Source of the DNA: the human T2T-CHM13v2.0 reference genome, Homo sapiens
Strand: one strand, 5' to 3'
Assembly (NCBI RefSeq): GCF_009914755.1
Contig: NC_060938.1
Length of the DNA: 64,000 nt
Position 1 is the stretch's first letter. Each line of letters opens with the position of its first letter. The notes below the pieces were generated by a model. It was not told the origin of the DNA and made no database searches. It was given only the letters and a program-made list of their open reading frames with translations. Shown piece by piece: positions 1-18,128 of this stretch. The position numbers and the translations under genes were made by a program.

Positions 1-79
1 TCTTCTAAATAATGAAAACTAAACTAAACTAATCTGACTATCCACAATGAGGCTACCCTCACCACCTCCAGCTTTGTAA

Positions 80-690
80 ATACCAGTTTGTGTCACCATC
101 AACTTTTACCTGGATCCTTGCAACAGCAACCTCTCTAAGTCTTTCTATTCTCAACTAAGTGCCTTGAGTAATGAGTTAAAATATAAGTAACACTGTGTCA
201 CTGTTTTGCTCAAAACTTTTCAGTTTTTCATTGCTCTCAAAGTAAAAGACAAAGTTCTCCCAAAGGCTCAAAAAGCCCTTCTATGATCTGGTTTGCCATG
301 ACCTCTTGCTTGCATCAACTATCTCTCTCCTCATCTCTCACTCCAGCTTCACTGGCCTTACGTTGCTTTCCAAAAACCACAAGCACAAACCTGCCTCAGG
401 GCCTTTGCATTTGCTGTTTACACTAACACCAAAAAGTCACATGGCTCACTATTCCATTTCATCCAGTTCTTTGCTCAGATTTTACATTTGTAAGAACTTT
501 CCTGATTTCCCTATGTAATATAGTAGCCACTACTCCCTTTCTAGCTCCTCTATTTCTCTTAGCACTGCCTCATTTTTCCTAATAGAAAGCAGGCTGCAAC
601 AAGGTAGGAACATTGTTTTGCTTACCATGGGTCAGTGCCTGACCCATGGGAAATGCTCAATAGATAGTAAATAAATGAATGAAGATATGA
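80..690 (+). mobile_element. Degenerate LINE-2 3' end
   Basis: L2-like motifs (ctcaaaactttt...ctcaaagtaaaagac, gggcctttgcatttgctg) ending in ...ctcaata...aaatgaatgaa; boundaries approximate. Confidence 0.5.
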
Positions 691-960
691 ATAAACGAAT
701 AGGTGGATGGATACAGGAAAAAAGATATATCTTCTAAGTATATTATCTTTTTAAAGCTGTATATATAAGAAACATTTTATCAAATTGCATTTTCATTATG
801 TGCAGTTCATTATATGTCAATTATACCTTAATAAAGGTATAAAAAACAGTAAACAAATTCAAAATTTTGTATATCAGTGGAATTCATCATGATATATTCA
901 GGTGGTGACTAGCTACATGAATTGAGTCAATTAACTTATTATTATTTTCATTATCTTTTC

Positions 961-1264
<304 letters not shown>

Positions 1265-1804
1265 TTCATTGTCTTTTTCAAGGAGTGAACTTTAGCTAAG
1301 AGAAATCTTTGTTATTTCACATAGCCACAAACATAATATTCTTTGTCAGTAGATTCTGTCATCAGCTCTGACACCACAGAGTTTGATACTAGAGTCGTTC
1401 TGACAGCAGTCACATTTTCTGGTCTTCACTGGTAGTAATACAAACAGAAACATAAAAGATACAAAATAAAGTTAGAGACAGCAGCTAAAAATTCAATAAT
1501 TTTCTTGTTACTAGGATCAAAAACAGGGTTTAATTTAACTTCCAGGCTTCCCGTTTTTTTTTTTCTTTTAAACAGGATATGTTTGAGTTTATTCTTTAAA
1601 AACATTAAAAAAAAACCTTCTTTGAAACTACAAAATAGTATTGAATCTTTAAGGAGTGCAGTTTATTTCTTCATGTCTGATTGATCAGAAAGTTGAAAGA
1701 GTAAATTCTGTTCTGTTCTTTTGTGTTTTATAGTTTATGAGTATGTACATATATATATATAATTTAAGTCTTTCTAGGATTTGGGGAGATGAGCAAGACG
1801 GGCA

Positions 1805-1915
1805 TTGTTATTCTTGCTTTGTAATCAAGTAGCTGAGGCACAGAGAAGTTAGACGTACTGACGGTCAAAGAGGTATTAAGCATGGCTAAAACTGAGACCC
1901 CTGACTTCTCTCCTT
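1805..1915 (-). mobile_element. MIR fragment
   Basis: ctgaggcacagagaagtt MIR core motif. Confidence 0.45.
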
Positions 1916-3237
1916 AATGCAGGACAACACTGCTAAAATACGGTCATGTGTGCCTGTCCTAATCAGAAATTCTTAGCAGAAGTTCAGTTTTAGGACAGTT
2001 CTTAAAAAGTGGGAAGATTGAGTGGAGAGCGACAGTGGCTTATCTTAGGTGACCTGGTTTGTTCATCCATAAAAATCACTGGAGGAAGAAGAGATAAAGG
2101 CTTGAAATGTAAAATAGAAAGTGGGCTCAGCATAAATGCAAGCCCTGAGCACCGAGAAAAATGAGTGGCAGGCAGCCAACAAGAACTGCTAACTCAACAT
2201 CTTTTGAGAGTGGAATGAGATTCAAAAGTCTGCTCCCAACCTGCGTGGATATTATGCCAGGGAGCCTTCTAATAGCCAGGCGCTTTTTGAATGCAGCTAT
2301 CTGCTGGAATTTTAAGATCACCTGGAAAAAGGTTGGGACACATTTCTAGAGAAGAAAACATTTTTATTGTACTTCCCAAGACTAAAAAGCATGAAGATAA
2401 ATCAAACACAATAAAAATAAGTGAAAACTCTGCAATGTTTACAATCGTAATCAATACACAGATAAGGAAGGATGAGAGAGAGACTGCTAAATTTTATGAC
2501 AAATTATATTGATAAGGTTTCTGTCACATTGGTCTCCTGATATGCAACTGTTTCAGGTACACTAGAATTTGAATAGCAAGAAAACCAGTAAGATGTCTTT
2601 GGTTAACAATCTATTATGATATCGTTTCAAGATGGACAACAACCCTGTCAATATACTGTTTTAGGAATTATTTTCCCAGGGAATGAATTGGATAAAGACA
2701 GATTTACCAGGTGACTTTTATGTTTAGTTTCTCTTTATTATTGCCATTATTATTGTTATTTTAAATAACTAACAGCATTCAGCTATCTTTGGTATATTTT
2801 ATTTTTTGGAAATAGCATAAAGAGAAAAAGTAGGAAAGATGAGAAAAAAATAAAGTTATAAAAACAAATATTATTACTTGGAGTACTTTTTTCAGACTTT
2901 AGTTTCTCAGCTGCCTAAAATAATTTTGAAACTAGAAGATAAATAAATTTTCTATCAGTTCGTGATTTTTATGCTCAATGTACTAAAAATATATCCTTAA
3001 AAATAATCATCTAATTTATTATTTCTTCATCTTAGTTCTACTTAACTGATAATCTTGGAAGAAAACACTTGAAGATATAACAAAATGATTAAGTATTTAA
3101 GTTTATTTATTCAGCCTAAGAGTAATAGAACAGAGAAATTTGATGTTTAGTTGGTAAGTGAATTTATTTGCCAACAAACCTATCTGTCCTGGCAAAAAAT
3201 TTGAGTACTGAAAGTGCTTAAAAAACATTTTGTTCTC

Positions 3238-3440
3238 CACTTGGACACAGGATGGGGAACATCACACACCGGGGCCTGTCGTGGGGTTGGAGGAAGGGGG
3301 AGGGATAGCATTAGGAGATATACCTAATGAAAATGACCAGTTAACGGGTGCAGCACACCAACATGGCACATGTATACATATGTAACAAACCTGCACATTA
3401 TGCACATGTACCCTAGAAGTTAAAGTATAATAATAAAAAA
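3238..3440 (+). mobile_element. Short 5'-truncated L1PA (3'UTR only)
   Basis: cacttggacacagg...taaagtataataataaaa; TSD attttgttctc at 3227-3237 and 3441-3451. Confidence 0.93.
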
Positions 3441-3971
3441 ATTTTGTTCTCAATCAATTATTTGAATTAATAGCACTAAAAAACACACCATTTGTGATTA
3501 TTGAGAATTTTTACAACGGTTTTCTATGAAATAATTAGGAGCAATATTCTAAACCTAACTTCCTTAAAAAGTTTTATATTAAAATGTTATCTCGTACATA
3601 CAGAGTGACTAACAATATCACCTATAGTGTCTGAAAACCAAACAATGTTAATACTGTTAAATGCATAGCACTTCATTCAATTAATGCAATTGTTTCTCAT
3701 ATTCAGCCTTAATTAATTTCTTTCTTTCTTTCACTTACAAGCTTGAAAAAATTAGGTTTTAAAAAATCAGATGTGGTGAAAGTGTATTCTGCTTTTAAAA
3801 TCTATTGTCCATGCTGATAAATAATAACAACATGATTTGATAAATGCTGTAAAGATATCTGGTGCTAAGATCTAAGATGGAAAAACTATTCCTGCCGGGA
3901 GGAATAGGGAAAAAAAGAAAAGAAAAGAAAAAAAAAAAAACTCCTTCAAAGAAATCGTGTTTCACATGAGC

Positions 3972-7245
<3,274 letters not shown>

Positions 7246-7249
7246 TATA

Positions 7250-8746
7250 TTAAATAGATGAAACAGTCTTCTATGAGAATACAATAACATCTAGGATTTT
7301 CATAGCTAGAGAAGAGGAATCAGTGCCTGGCTTTAAATCATCAAAGGACAGAATGACTCTCTTGTTAGGGGATAATGTAGTTGGTCACTTTAAGTTGAAG
7401 ACAATGCTCACTTATCATTCTGAAAATCCAAAGGCCCGTAAGAATTATGCTAAATCAACTCTCCTGTACTCTATAAATTAAACAATAATTCCTGGATGAC
7501 AGCATAGTTTACAGCATAGTTTACTGACTATTTTAAGCCCATGATTGAGACCTACTACTCAGAAAAGATTCCTTTAAAAATTGAACTGCTCATTGACAAT
7601 ACGCCTAGTCACTCAAGAGCTATGATGGAGATGTACAAGGAGATTAATGTTGTTTTCCTGCCTGCTAAGGGAACATCCATTCTGCAGCTCATGGATCAAG
7701 GATTAATTTTGACTTCCAAGTCTTATTATTTGAGAAGTACATTTAGTAAGGCTGTAAGTGCCATAGATAGTGATTCCTCTGATGTATCTAGGGAAAGTGA
7801 AGTGAAAGTCCTCTGTAAAGAATCTACCATTCCAGATGTCATTAAGAACATTTGTGATTAATGAAAAGATACCAAAACATTAGCATTAACAAGAGCTTGG
7901 AAGAAGCTGATTCCAACCATCATGGGTGACTTTGAGGGGTTCAAAACTTCAGTGGAGGAAGTAATTGCAGATGTGGTAGAAATAGCAAGATAACTGGAAT
8001 TAGAAATGGAGCCTGAATATGTGTCAGAATTGCTGCAATCTCAACATAAATATTGAACAGATGAGGAGTTGCTTCTTATTAATGAGCAAAAGAAAAAAGA
8101 AAAAATTTTTGAGATGGAATCCACTGATGGTGAAGATGCTGTGACCATTGTTGAAATGACAACACAAGATTTTAAATATTACATAAACTTATGTCACTAG
8201 GAAATAAACCATTACTATAACATAAAGCACTGCTTAATAAATCAGTGGCACAGTTTGAGAGGATTGACTCCAAATACAACTTTCAAGTAGAACTTGAAAG
8301 AAGTTCTACTCTAGGTAAAATGCTATCAAACAGCATTGCATGCAACAGAGAAATCATTCCTGAAAGGAAGAGCCAATTAATATTGCAAACTTCATTTGTT
8401 GTCTTATTTTCGGAATTGCCATAGCCACCCCACCCTTTAGCAACAACCAGCCTGATCAGTCAGCAGTCACCAACAGAGGCAAGATACCCCACCAACAGAA
8501 AGATTACAACTTGCTGAAGCCTCAGATGGTTGTTAACATTTTGTAGCAATAAATTATTTTTTATTAAGGTATCACATTGATTTTAGACATAATGCTATTA
8601 ATAAACACTTAATAGATTACAGTATCATGAAAACATACTTTTTTTATACACTGGAAAACCAGAAAATTCATGTGATTTGCTTGATTGCAATATTTATTTT
8701 ATTGTGGTACTCTAGACCAAACCTATCCATCTTGGAGGTATGCCTA
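7250..8746 (+). mobile_element. Tigger1 (pogo-like DNA transposon), 3' portion only
   Basis: ORF 7541-7861 with pogo/CENP-B-family DDE motifs ([14 protein letters not shown]); right TIR ...gaggtatgcct followed by TA. Confidence 0.9.
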
Positions 8747-10844
8747 TAGTTCCCTTTAGATATAGAAATGTATTCTATCTAAATAGGTTTCAAATAAATT
8801 TGTAAATGTATTGAAATTACAAATTATTGAGCTACTGAAGTAGTAAATTAACAAGCCCCTTTCTTTTCCTTTTTTTCTTCCTTTCACTAGTTTAACTTTC
8901 ATGGATTTCATGTAATTTACTTTTGTGCTGAAAAATATCCCTGCCTTTTCTCAGGGCTAACAGAAACCTAAATATGTAGTGCATGGTTACTGAGCAACCC
9001 AACACTTGATTTCTAGGACTCCGTGTCTCCAGAATTAACAGTCACTGAAACTAAATTTAGTTCAAGGAGTTTTGGACTTTTGTGACTTATTATAATGTTA
9101 AATGAAGAAGGGGTTTAAGTAGCGGTATGTTCCGGTAGCTTTATGGAAGGAAAGGAAACAGGATAAACATTGGGAAGATATATGCTTGAGAAATCGGCTT
9201 GAACACTCAAAGGTGTAAGAGAGATACTGCTTTACTGACTCATTGGTTTTTAAAAGCAATTTGGAAGAGAACAAACACATCTGTAGAGTAATAATACAAA
9301 AGTAAATATATATTTAATGTAAAGCAGTTATATTTATTATATATCAAATAAGAACTTCACCAATATTCGAACCCTACATTTCAGTTATATTTTTTGAAAT
9401 GAGAGATGCCTATTAAGTGCCTATTAACATTACTTCTAAAGTCCACACAGCTGTAGAGTCATGTGACCAGGAGGAAGTCCCTTTATGTGTGTAAGCAGAA
9501 GGTCTTAGAGGTGGAGTGGGGTAGAGTGGTTTCAGAGAAGTGATAAGGAAGGGGAAGTGGTTCTTGGTCTCTTTGCTCTATAAGGATCCATGTGCAGAGG
9601 GTGGAAATCTAGCAAGGCTTCCCAGCTGTCACTGCCTCTGAGACTTCTGGATCTAGTCCAGTTGTATGCTCTCTGCAGGATCTCTGGAGTCAGAGAATAA
9701 AATATGGGGACCTGTAAGACTGTTTTTGCATGTGATGCTAACTTCAGGTTTAATGTTACAAGATGAAGCTGGCCCTACTGGGGCAAGAAGGTCTGGGGGG
9801 TCATCAGTGTTACAGTATAAGTTCAAGTTATTTAAAGAATTGTTGCAGAAAGCTTTTAGAGAATTTTCAATTTAAACTATATTCTGAACCAAACTTGAAA
9901 CTGAAACTATATAGTTCTAAGAAGATCCTTTAATTGAATATAGCAGTGGATTAAATGTAATGTGTGCTCAGAAAATAATTATGATGTTATTGATCAGTTG
10001 CTTTAAAGTAAAATCATGTGTTACTCCCATTTGTATTGTTGGCCCATATGCAGTAACAGAAACTGAAAATAAGACCAGCCTACTAAGTGCCAATCGCCAA
10101 TAGAAAGGTTATTATTAGTATTTTTGCTGTATTTTCTGTTTGATCTCTGAATCTCACCAGGAATTGCTACAAAGGCTTTCCAGGCCACATAGTCATATTT
10201 AAAGATATAGAGTTCCTCTGTTTGGGATGCAGCCCTACTCCTAAGGTTCATATGACAAACGTAGCCCAGTTTATCTTCTTTACAATAAATTAAATTACTG
10301 CACTGATAAGCTTTTGCAAAGAAGTCCCCGGTCATTAAAATATTGTGTATTTTGGACCACATTTAATTCAGCTTCGCTCTTCAAATTTCTGGTATTTACT
10401 CATCCACAAACATAAATGGAAAGATTAATTCTCTGCCAATGTTTTTGTTTCATGTCATCCAACAAACCATGTATATGTTAGTTCATAACTAAGAAAGAGA
10501 AGCTTTTTTTTTTTTTGTCATTTTCACTTGCCTTATCATTATATCATCATCACTGGAAAAAAATATTTCTAGCACTGACTTGTGTGTGACGCCAACCTAG
10601 AACTATAAGAAATGCACATAAAAGGTCATATAATTCTTTCCTTCAAAAAGATATCAAGCTTTACATCTTCTAATGAGTTTTATCTTTAACTGTCAGTAAC
10701 TAGGCACCTACTCCAATGAGGCAGTTCTTGCCCTGGACTTAGTCGTTGACTTCAATAAATTATTTTTAATATCTTCAAAGAGGGTAAATTTTTGTCATTT
10801 AATATGTACTTTGTTATGGTTCCCTTGAGGGCATATAGAGATGA

Positions 10845-11060
10845 GATCAGAGTCATGGGGCCTCCAGTTCCTGGGACCCAATCCCAGTCACTATATGTAC
10901 GGGCTGTGCGGCCTTGACCTTGTCTCAACATTCCCCAGCTTCACTAATGTCACCTGCAAAATGATAACATCAAGATTAGTTAGCCCATGGAGTGTAGGGA
11001 GTAATACAGGAGGAAATATAACATGTGGAAATCACTTCATAGAGTGACCAGTCCCTAATC
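10845..11060 (+). mobile_element. MIR fragment
   Basis: aatcccagtc...ccttgac...cacctgcaaaatgataa, resembling the MIR core. Confidence 0.4.
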
Positions 11061-12633
11061 AAGGTAATTATGTGTTAGGTTTAATCATTCTAAGTCAAGT
11101 TGGGTAATTTGGGGTAGGTTCAGTAATACTAAAGTTGAATAAAAGATGCTTTTACTTCTTGAATTGTTTTATACATTAGAAGAATTTTTCAAGAATAATC
11201 TATGAAATGAATTGCATAGTTGGAACAAGTATATGGACATCCAAGATCATGATGCTAAAAGACATAACATGGGTTACAAGTATCCTATCAATTCACTGGT
11301 TAATAAATTATATTTTAAACTTTTTAGTTACAATTTCTACATACTGCTTAAGAGAGCAAAGTTGCTCTGCCATCTTGGAGCTGCTAATCTAGAAAGGATT
11401 TAAACAAATTTAAAATGTTTAATGATGAAGTTGGGTGTTGGTCCTGATTTTGTGCATTTTGAGACACCAGAGATGAGGAATATGTGTGAGAGAATATTTG
11501 ACTCTTGACATGACAGTTTCATAAATTTTTAACAGCAATTGTAGATAGTGTTTTTGAATTCCATTTTACCATAAATTTTACTGTAGTATGTTGTTTTTCT
11601 CTAGACATCTTGACAGCTCATTATAAGTTGAAAATTCTCCCATCCTCTCTAATGGGTATCCATAGCACAATTTTCCTTAACACATTGTGGTCCTATCACT
11701 GGTGACATTGTTTCTTTCTATTTTTAAAGTTCTCTGGTCATAGAGGTTGCTTATTATTTTCTTAACTCCCTGGGAACTGTGCACTTAAACCATAAAAGCC
11801 TCTCCTCTAAACAGAGCCTCACGTTACTACCTTTGCCAAAGGCTAGGAGGGATTTATCACGGTGCTACATCATGCGTTTGAATAGGAGCTGACAGAGATA
11901 TATAATACGGTTTAGTCGAAGCAGTTGATGTTGTCGGAATGATAACTCTTGATCTAGGAAGCTCTGAAGTAATGAGGGGGGATAAATTTGCATGATTTGT
12001 GCCATAAGCAATATTTATAATGTGAAAAGGATTTAAAGATTAATACATTCCCAGAGCCACACATGAAAGAGACAGGAAAGGTTACTTGATGATAATCCAA
12101 ATGCTCTATTTATTTGCAGTGCTTTCATCTGAAAGATTTTCTTACGTTTATTTTCTTCTACCCTCATTCATTTAGTATACAAAGAAGACAGTGATATCTT
12201 CCTAAGTTCAAAATATTTGCTGCAAGTTTAACTCTTTTAATTAAGAAGAGGAGACACAATGCTAGTTGAAGAAATCATTGATTGCCTCTCATTAGTTAAT
12301 GGCCTACAGTACTTTGTAAGTTCTTATGTCATTAACTCCTTGTTTTGAGAATCAAATAGCTTGAAGTATTTTCCACAAAATATCTGAATTATTGTTTTGT
12401 CTAATCATCAATTGGTAGGAAAAGAAACTGATCCTGTAGCCCCTAAACTATATAATTGCAAAGTTCGATTATTGAATTCTGAGATTGACAACACTATGAA
12501 AGATCTTAGAATAATTTCTTAGGAATTACTTGTCATGCACATGTCCAATAATATAGAAAGTTTTCAAAATGGCTTAATACTAAGTGCTTTCCCTTCCCAT
12601 TCTTTCCCTTTCTTTTTAAAAATCAAATGAATC

Positions 12634-13516
12634 TGAGGTAGCAGGAGGGACTCAACTCTGGAAGCAGGACTCAGATATTAGACCAAATTGACAACAAGCT
12701 AAAACAAGGACACGGCAGAAGCCACTCTCCATAAGACATGACTGCCAGTGTGCCCCATCAGCTTACCATTGTGACAGCAACACCAGGAAGTTATTGCCCC
12801 TTTCCATGGCAATGACCCAATAACCTGGAACTTACCACCCTCTTTGTAGAAATATCTGCAAAATCTGTCCCCTACTTTGCATACAATTAAAAGTGAGTAT
12901 AAATATGAGTGCAGACATGCCTCTGAGCTGCTGCTCTGGGCACACTGCATGTGGGGTAGCCATGCTTTGCAAGGATCAGGACCTCTGCTGGTACTGTACA
13001 CTGCCGCTTCAATAAAAGTTAGACAGTTTACTGTCTAACACCACCAGCTTGCCCTTGAATTCTTTCCTGGGCAAAGCCAAGAGCCCTCCCGGGCTGTTAT
13101 TAGTCTGTTCTTGGATTGCTATAAAAAACTACCTGAGATTGGGTAATTCATAAAGAAGAGAGGTTTAGTTGACTCACTGTTCTGCAGGCTTTAGAGGAAG
13201 AAGCATGGCTGGGGAAGCCTCGGGAAACCTACAATTATGGTGGAAGGGGAAGCAGGCACATCTCACGTGGTGAGAGCAGGAGAAAGAGAGCGAAGGGGGA
13301 AGTACTACATGCTTTCAAACAACCAGATCTCATGAGAACTCACTCACTATTATGAGAACAGCAAGGGGGAAGTCCACCCCTGTGATTGAATCACCTACCA
13401 CCAGGCCCCTCCTCCAACACTGGAGATTACAATTTGAATAATATTTGGGTGGGGACACAGAACCAAACCATATCACAAGCTAAGCCCCAATTTGGGGGCT
13501 TACTTGCTCTTCATCA
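12634..13516 (+). mobile_element. ERV1 solo LTR (MER66A-like), split by an MST LTR
   Basis: TG...CA termini (tgaggtag...catca), TATA-like tataaata near 12898, AATAAA near 13011, 4-bp TSD aatc/actc. Confidence 0.75.
13095..13475 (-). mobile_element. MaLR solo LTR (MSTA-like)
   Basis: tgttattagtctgttct...ggggacacagaaccaaaccatatca; degenerate 5-bp TSD cgggc/caagc; host LTR resumes at 13481. Confidence 0.85.
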
Positions 13517-13600
13517 ACTCCAGGTGCAGTGTAAAAATTAAAAACTTGTAAGGAAAGCATTCAAATGTGGGTTCAAGAGAAACCAAGAATTAAATTTGCG

Positions 13601-14021
<421 letters not shown>

Positions 14022-14959
14022 TCAAACATAAGATTTTTTTTATGGTGCCAAATTGCATTCACTGCTATGAAATGTGATACTTATTCTTGAAGTCTGGACA
14101 GAGACTGAACAGTCAATGGTATGATTGGCCTCAGCATCAGAGCTGCCAAATAGGCTCACACTCTTGCTTGACTTTTCCATCACAAGTCTTCTTGCATAGT
14201 TTTCGTTGTTTTTTTTTGTTTTTTTTTTTTTTTGGCAGATCGTATCGCAATCAGAAAAGAAATCTGGATATTATGACTTATTTTATAATATTCCTTTCAG
14301 GCAAAAATGAAGAAATTTATTCTCCCTTATCTCATGTCTCATGAAGCATGACCTAATATTACATCTATTTTACAAATGAGGGGACTCATTTAGAAAATAT
14401 AGGCAAGGTAATATAAGAAATAAGCAAGGCCAGAACCAGAGATCTCCCAATTCTGCAATTTTTCTTCCATAGTGAAACGGTAATTTTTCTCTGGGTAATT
14501 TTTGTGAAGAGAAATTTAGATAAAAAATTATATTTTCCCCTTAAAGGCACACAATACATATTATAAAATGCAATTGATTAAAGATAATTATTTGGTTCAT
14601 TGATAGAAATGTTAAAAACAGTTAAGGTTCACATATACAATGTAAAGATGTAGTCAATCATTAACAGTTATTATAGCAAATCAAACGGATCCAGATTAAA
14701 TTTTTTCACAAGAATAGTGCTCTTGACTTTATAATCAAAAGTCTATTTTTTCTGCGTATAGTCTCTGTTCCATTTTAGTGGCTTTGAATGGTTGCATGCT
14801 TATTGATGTTTACGTAGATCCATTTTCAATTGAGCACTATAAACTCATTGGATAGGTTTCTCAGCCTTACTGACCTACACTTAAAAGAAAAATTAATGAT
14901 CTGTCTATTTTGTTTTCTTCACACCTGATAATATATGTTGTAACTAAAATTCCCAGCCA

Positions 14960-15185
14960 TAGAGTCAGTCAGGGCTCAATTTCAGTACTGAGGCTCCACT
15001 TTCTAGCTGTCTATTGAGTAGGTTACTACCCTCTGCTTAAAGACTGTTTGCTGGGTAGTAACTTCCCTGGTGAGCAGTCATTGTCTGTAAAATAAGGGTA
15101 ACATTGTCCTTGTGCTACAGAATTATTGTCAGCATTTGCATAATACAATGGGACAATCCTTGCTATATAGTCAATGGTCAAAATG
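14960..15185 (+). mobile_element. MIR fragment
   Basis: ctccactttctagctgt...tctgtaaaataagggtaac. Confidence 0.4.
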
Positions 15186-15559
15186 TTGATACTCTATTAC
15201 TACTTTTGCCACATCTCCCTATGTCCTGCAGCAAGTGTAGAATAGTTTATATTGAAGATAGGAACTGCATCAAAATAAGGACCTCTGCAAAGCCTTATCT
15301 TACCACCCCAAGGCATGAGATTTCTTCCTTTTGACAATAATCATGACTATAATTTGCTCATTAATTTACCATTGACTTGCATTGTTTGTCATCATATATA
15401 TTTGTGTGTCCTATTACCCCAACTCTGAAGAAACTATTTGAAGCAAAGTGTCTGTACTTTTAAATCTATGTAAATAATATGATATATTGTTTTTGACTCT
15501 GATAGATTATCAGAAAGTATTTTGTTGAAAGAATAGGCCACTTACAAAAAGTCAAATGA

Positions 15560-15760
15560 CCTTATTTCCAGCCATGGTTCTTAGGCTCAGTAAACTACTT
15601 TTTCTTAGGCAAGTCACTTGATCGCGTCAAGTAATATTGCCCTCATTTGTAAAATTGTAACCCAGTCACCCTACCACTGATGATTATGAGTAATGATTCA
15701 TTATCTTGAATCATACAAGGTAATGCAGATGAAAGTACTTTAAACTTTAAGCATGTGCCA
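15560..15760 (+). mobile_element. MIR fragment
   Basis: cttaggcaagtcacttga...cctcatttgtaaaat. Confidence 0.4.
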
Positions 15761-18019
15761 AGTTAAGAAGTTAAAGATCTAACTTGAAAGTAAGAATGAG
15801 AGTTAGCTCTTATCATGATGTCTCAATGCATAATAGTAAAACATTTAGTTGCATTTATGTACTTATAATTACAATGTGATTTTGAAAATCCACTTGAATA
15901 CAATAATGTACAGATGGATATGATCTGCTTATAAACAATAGCTACTGTTAGTACTATTCTGTGTCTCCTGAAGTCTACTGTTAAGTAGCAAGGAGGTATA
16001 TGTGTAAATGGGAAGAAAATAAGCATGGAAAGGTAATTACTTGCATGAATGCTATGTCGCCAACACCACAAACCCCCATTAGGAACGAGGAGGTCAGAGT
16101 GAAGAAGAACTGAAGGGGGATGAGAATAACTTTTGTTATTTCTTCACTTCCAGATCGACCTTTCACTCTACTGGAAGAATAGTCTTGAAATCCAGCCTTA
16201 CTTCTAGGGTTATAATAAACATAGACAAGGTTTATTTCCATTTCTTTCAGAGGCTGAAGTGAGAAATGTTGAAATACCACATGAAGGACCTTGGTTATAA
16301 TGTTTCCAGCTGAGTCTGGAGGCTGAAGTGCCGAAAATTCTCACAAGGGATCCAGACTTCATGATATTTCCAGACAAACTCTGTAGCCTCTGGAGTCTGG
16401 GTAAACTTAAGTTCCCCTCAAAGTTGTTCCACCCAAAGGGGATTATTAATGGAGAGCTTTAGGCAAGTTTTCTTAATGATGTTTAGTATATAGTATATTA
16501 TTGTTTGTGAAGACTGCTATGCTTTGGATAGGAAAGGAATGAATATTTTTCACTTAATGTCAAATGTTAACTGCATTACAGAAAGTGCTGTTTCTTCTCC
16601 TAGTTTTTTTTTTTTTTTTTTTGACCTCTCCTCAACAAGAGGCCTGTGGAAAATGAAGCGTTACCTGACTTAATAGGTTTCAATCTGCACTAGCTGCTTC
16701 AGTGATATTTTTGAGTCTATTAAAAGGGACTCAAAATTGCACAGCAGGAAGGCACCACGAAATATTTCCTTGCAGCTCTGTTTTCTAGATTATCCAAAAA
16801 GAAAAAAAATGAGTCATTTATTAGTTTCCTTTGTTGCTGCTCAATTAATGTAGAAGAGGCTGCTTCACACTAAAAAATTACTAGGATTACTAACATAGCC
16901 ATGTGAATAATCAGAAGTGCTAAGGGAATGACCAGAAGGGCTAAAGAAATGAGACTCAAATAATAAAGTCATGATTATTTAAATAACAAGGCAGGAAAAA
17001 GCAGTGTTTAGTTTGAAAACTAAACTATTACATTCTAATGAAATATTTGGTTATTCTTTTGTAATAATCTAGACAACATGCCTTAGTATTCTTTGTTATT
17101 TTATTCTGTTAATAAATACTTTAAAAATTAAATATTAAAAATCTACTTCAAATGATTGATACAATTTTTAAAATCATGTGATACAGAAAACATAAGCAAA
17201 TCATTTCTTTCATATTCCAACTCTGTCTATATCCTCGTATCATTAATATTTTGGTTGATATCTGATGTAACACTGAAGCAGCTCCTATAGGTTGACTTTG
17301 TTATGTACAAAGATCTTGGGAAAAACAAGCCTTTCCCTTGCTGTGTGTTTTGGATATAAAACAGAATATATACATAAAATTGATTTTATTATTTGTCCTA
17401 ACATTGTAGAAAAACACAGAAATACTATAAAAGCATGTAAGCACTGATTTCCATATAGATGCCCATTACATAATTGCAAAGTAAATCTTGTCTTTTAAAA
17501 GACCATTCTCTTTCAAAGAAATGTGTTTATTTTACCTTAAATCAGAGTCCTGTTTTTGCTTTTGTGGCACCAAATTAAGCAGAATAAATATTATGTGCAA
17601 TATTACAGTGGTTAAAATATTTACTTCACACCTTTCTGTTACTTTAGGCGAAGACATAGGGAAAGTGACATAGAAAAGTGTCACAATTGTTTCTATAAAT
17701 ATATATAAAATATATATGGACAGGCAGAATCCTCACAGTGAGATTAAAATTTCTTTTGTTTAAACTTTCTTCACACTCTTCCCAGCATGGTTGGTAATTG
17801 ACTGAATTTTAGCCAACAGATATACAAGATAAGTAGAAGTTTTTACTGAATGAACTTCTGCAGGCAGAAAGTAAATTTATTGTTCTTATGACTTCATTTT
17901 TAACTTTAAAAATTTGCTTTTGATTAAATAAACCGTCCCCATTCTCAACTTTGTGGTTGAAATATTTGTTCTCATAGTTTTCCGTTATTTATTTCATTTA
18001 ACAAAATTCCCAGTACAGC

Positions 18020-18128
18020 TAGGGGAATGAATAGTCCAGGTTTACCAGGACCCCAGGACTTCCCGTGCTAAAACTTCCAGTGCTAAAACAAGGAGTCCCA
18101 AAACAAACTGAGATGATTGGTCACGCTA
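18020..18128. mobile_element. MER94-like hAT-Blackjack MITE
   Basis: tagggg...tggtcacgcta termini (consensus TAGGGTGACCA), internal cagtgctaaaac. Confidence 0.6.

Noticed and set aside
7541-7861. DDE transposase-like ORF as a domesticated TIGD-type gene
   Set aside because: Short remnant flanked by stops and frameshifts, N-terminal DNA-binding region absent; an ordinary decayed Tigger1.
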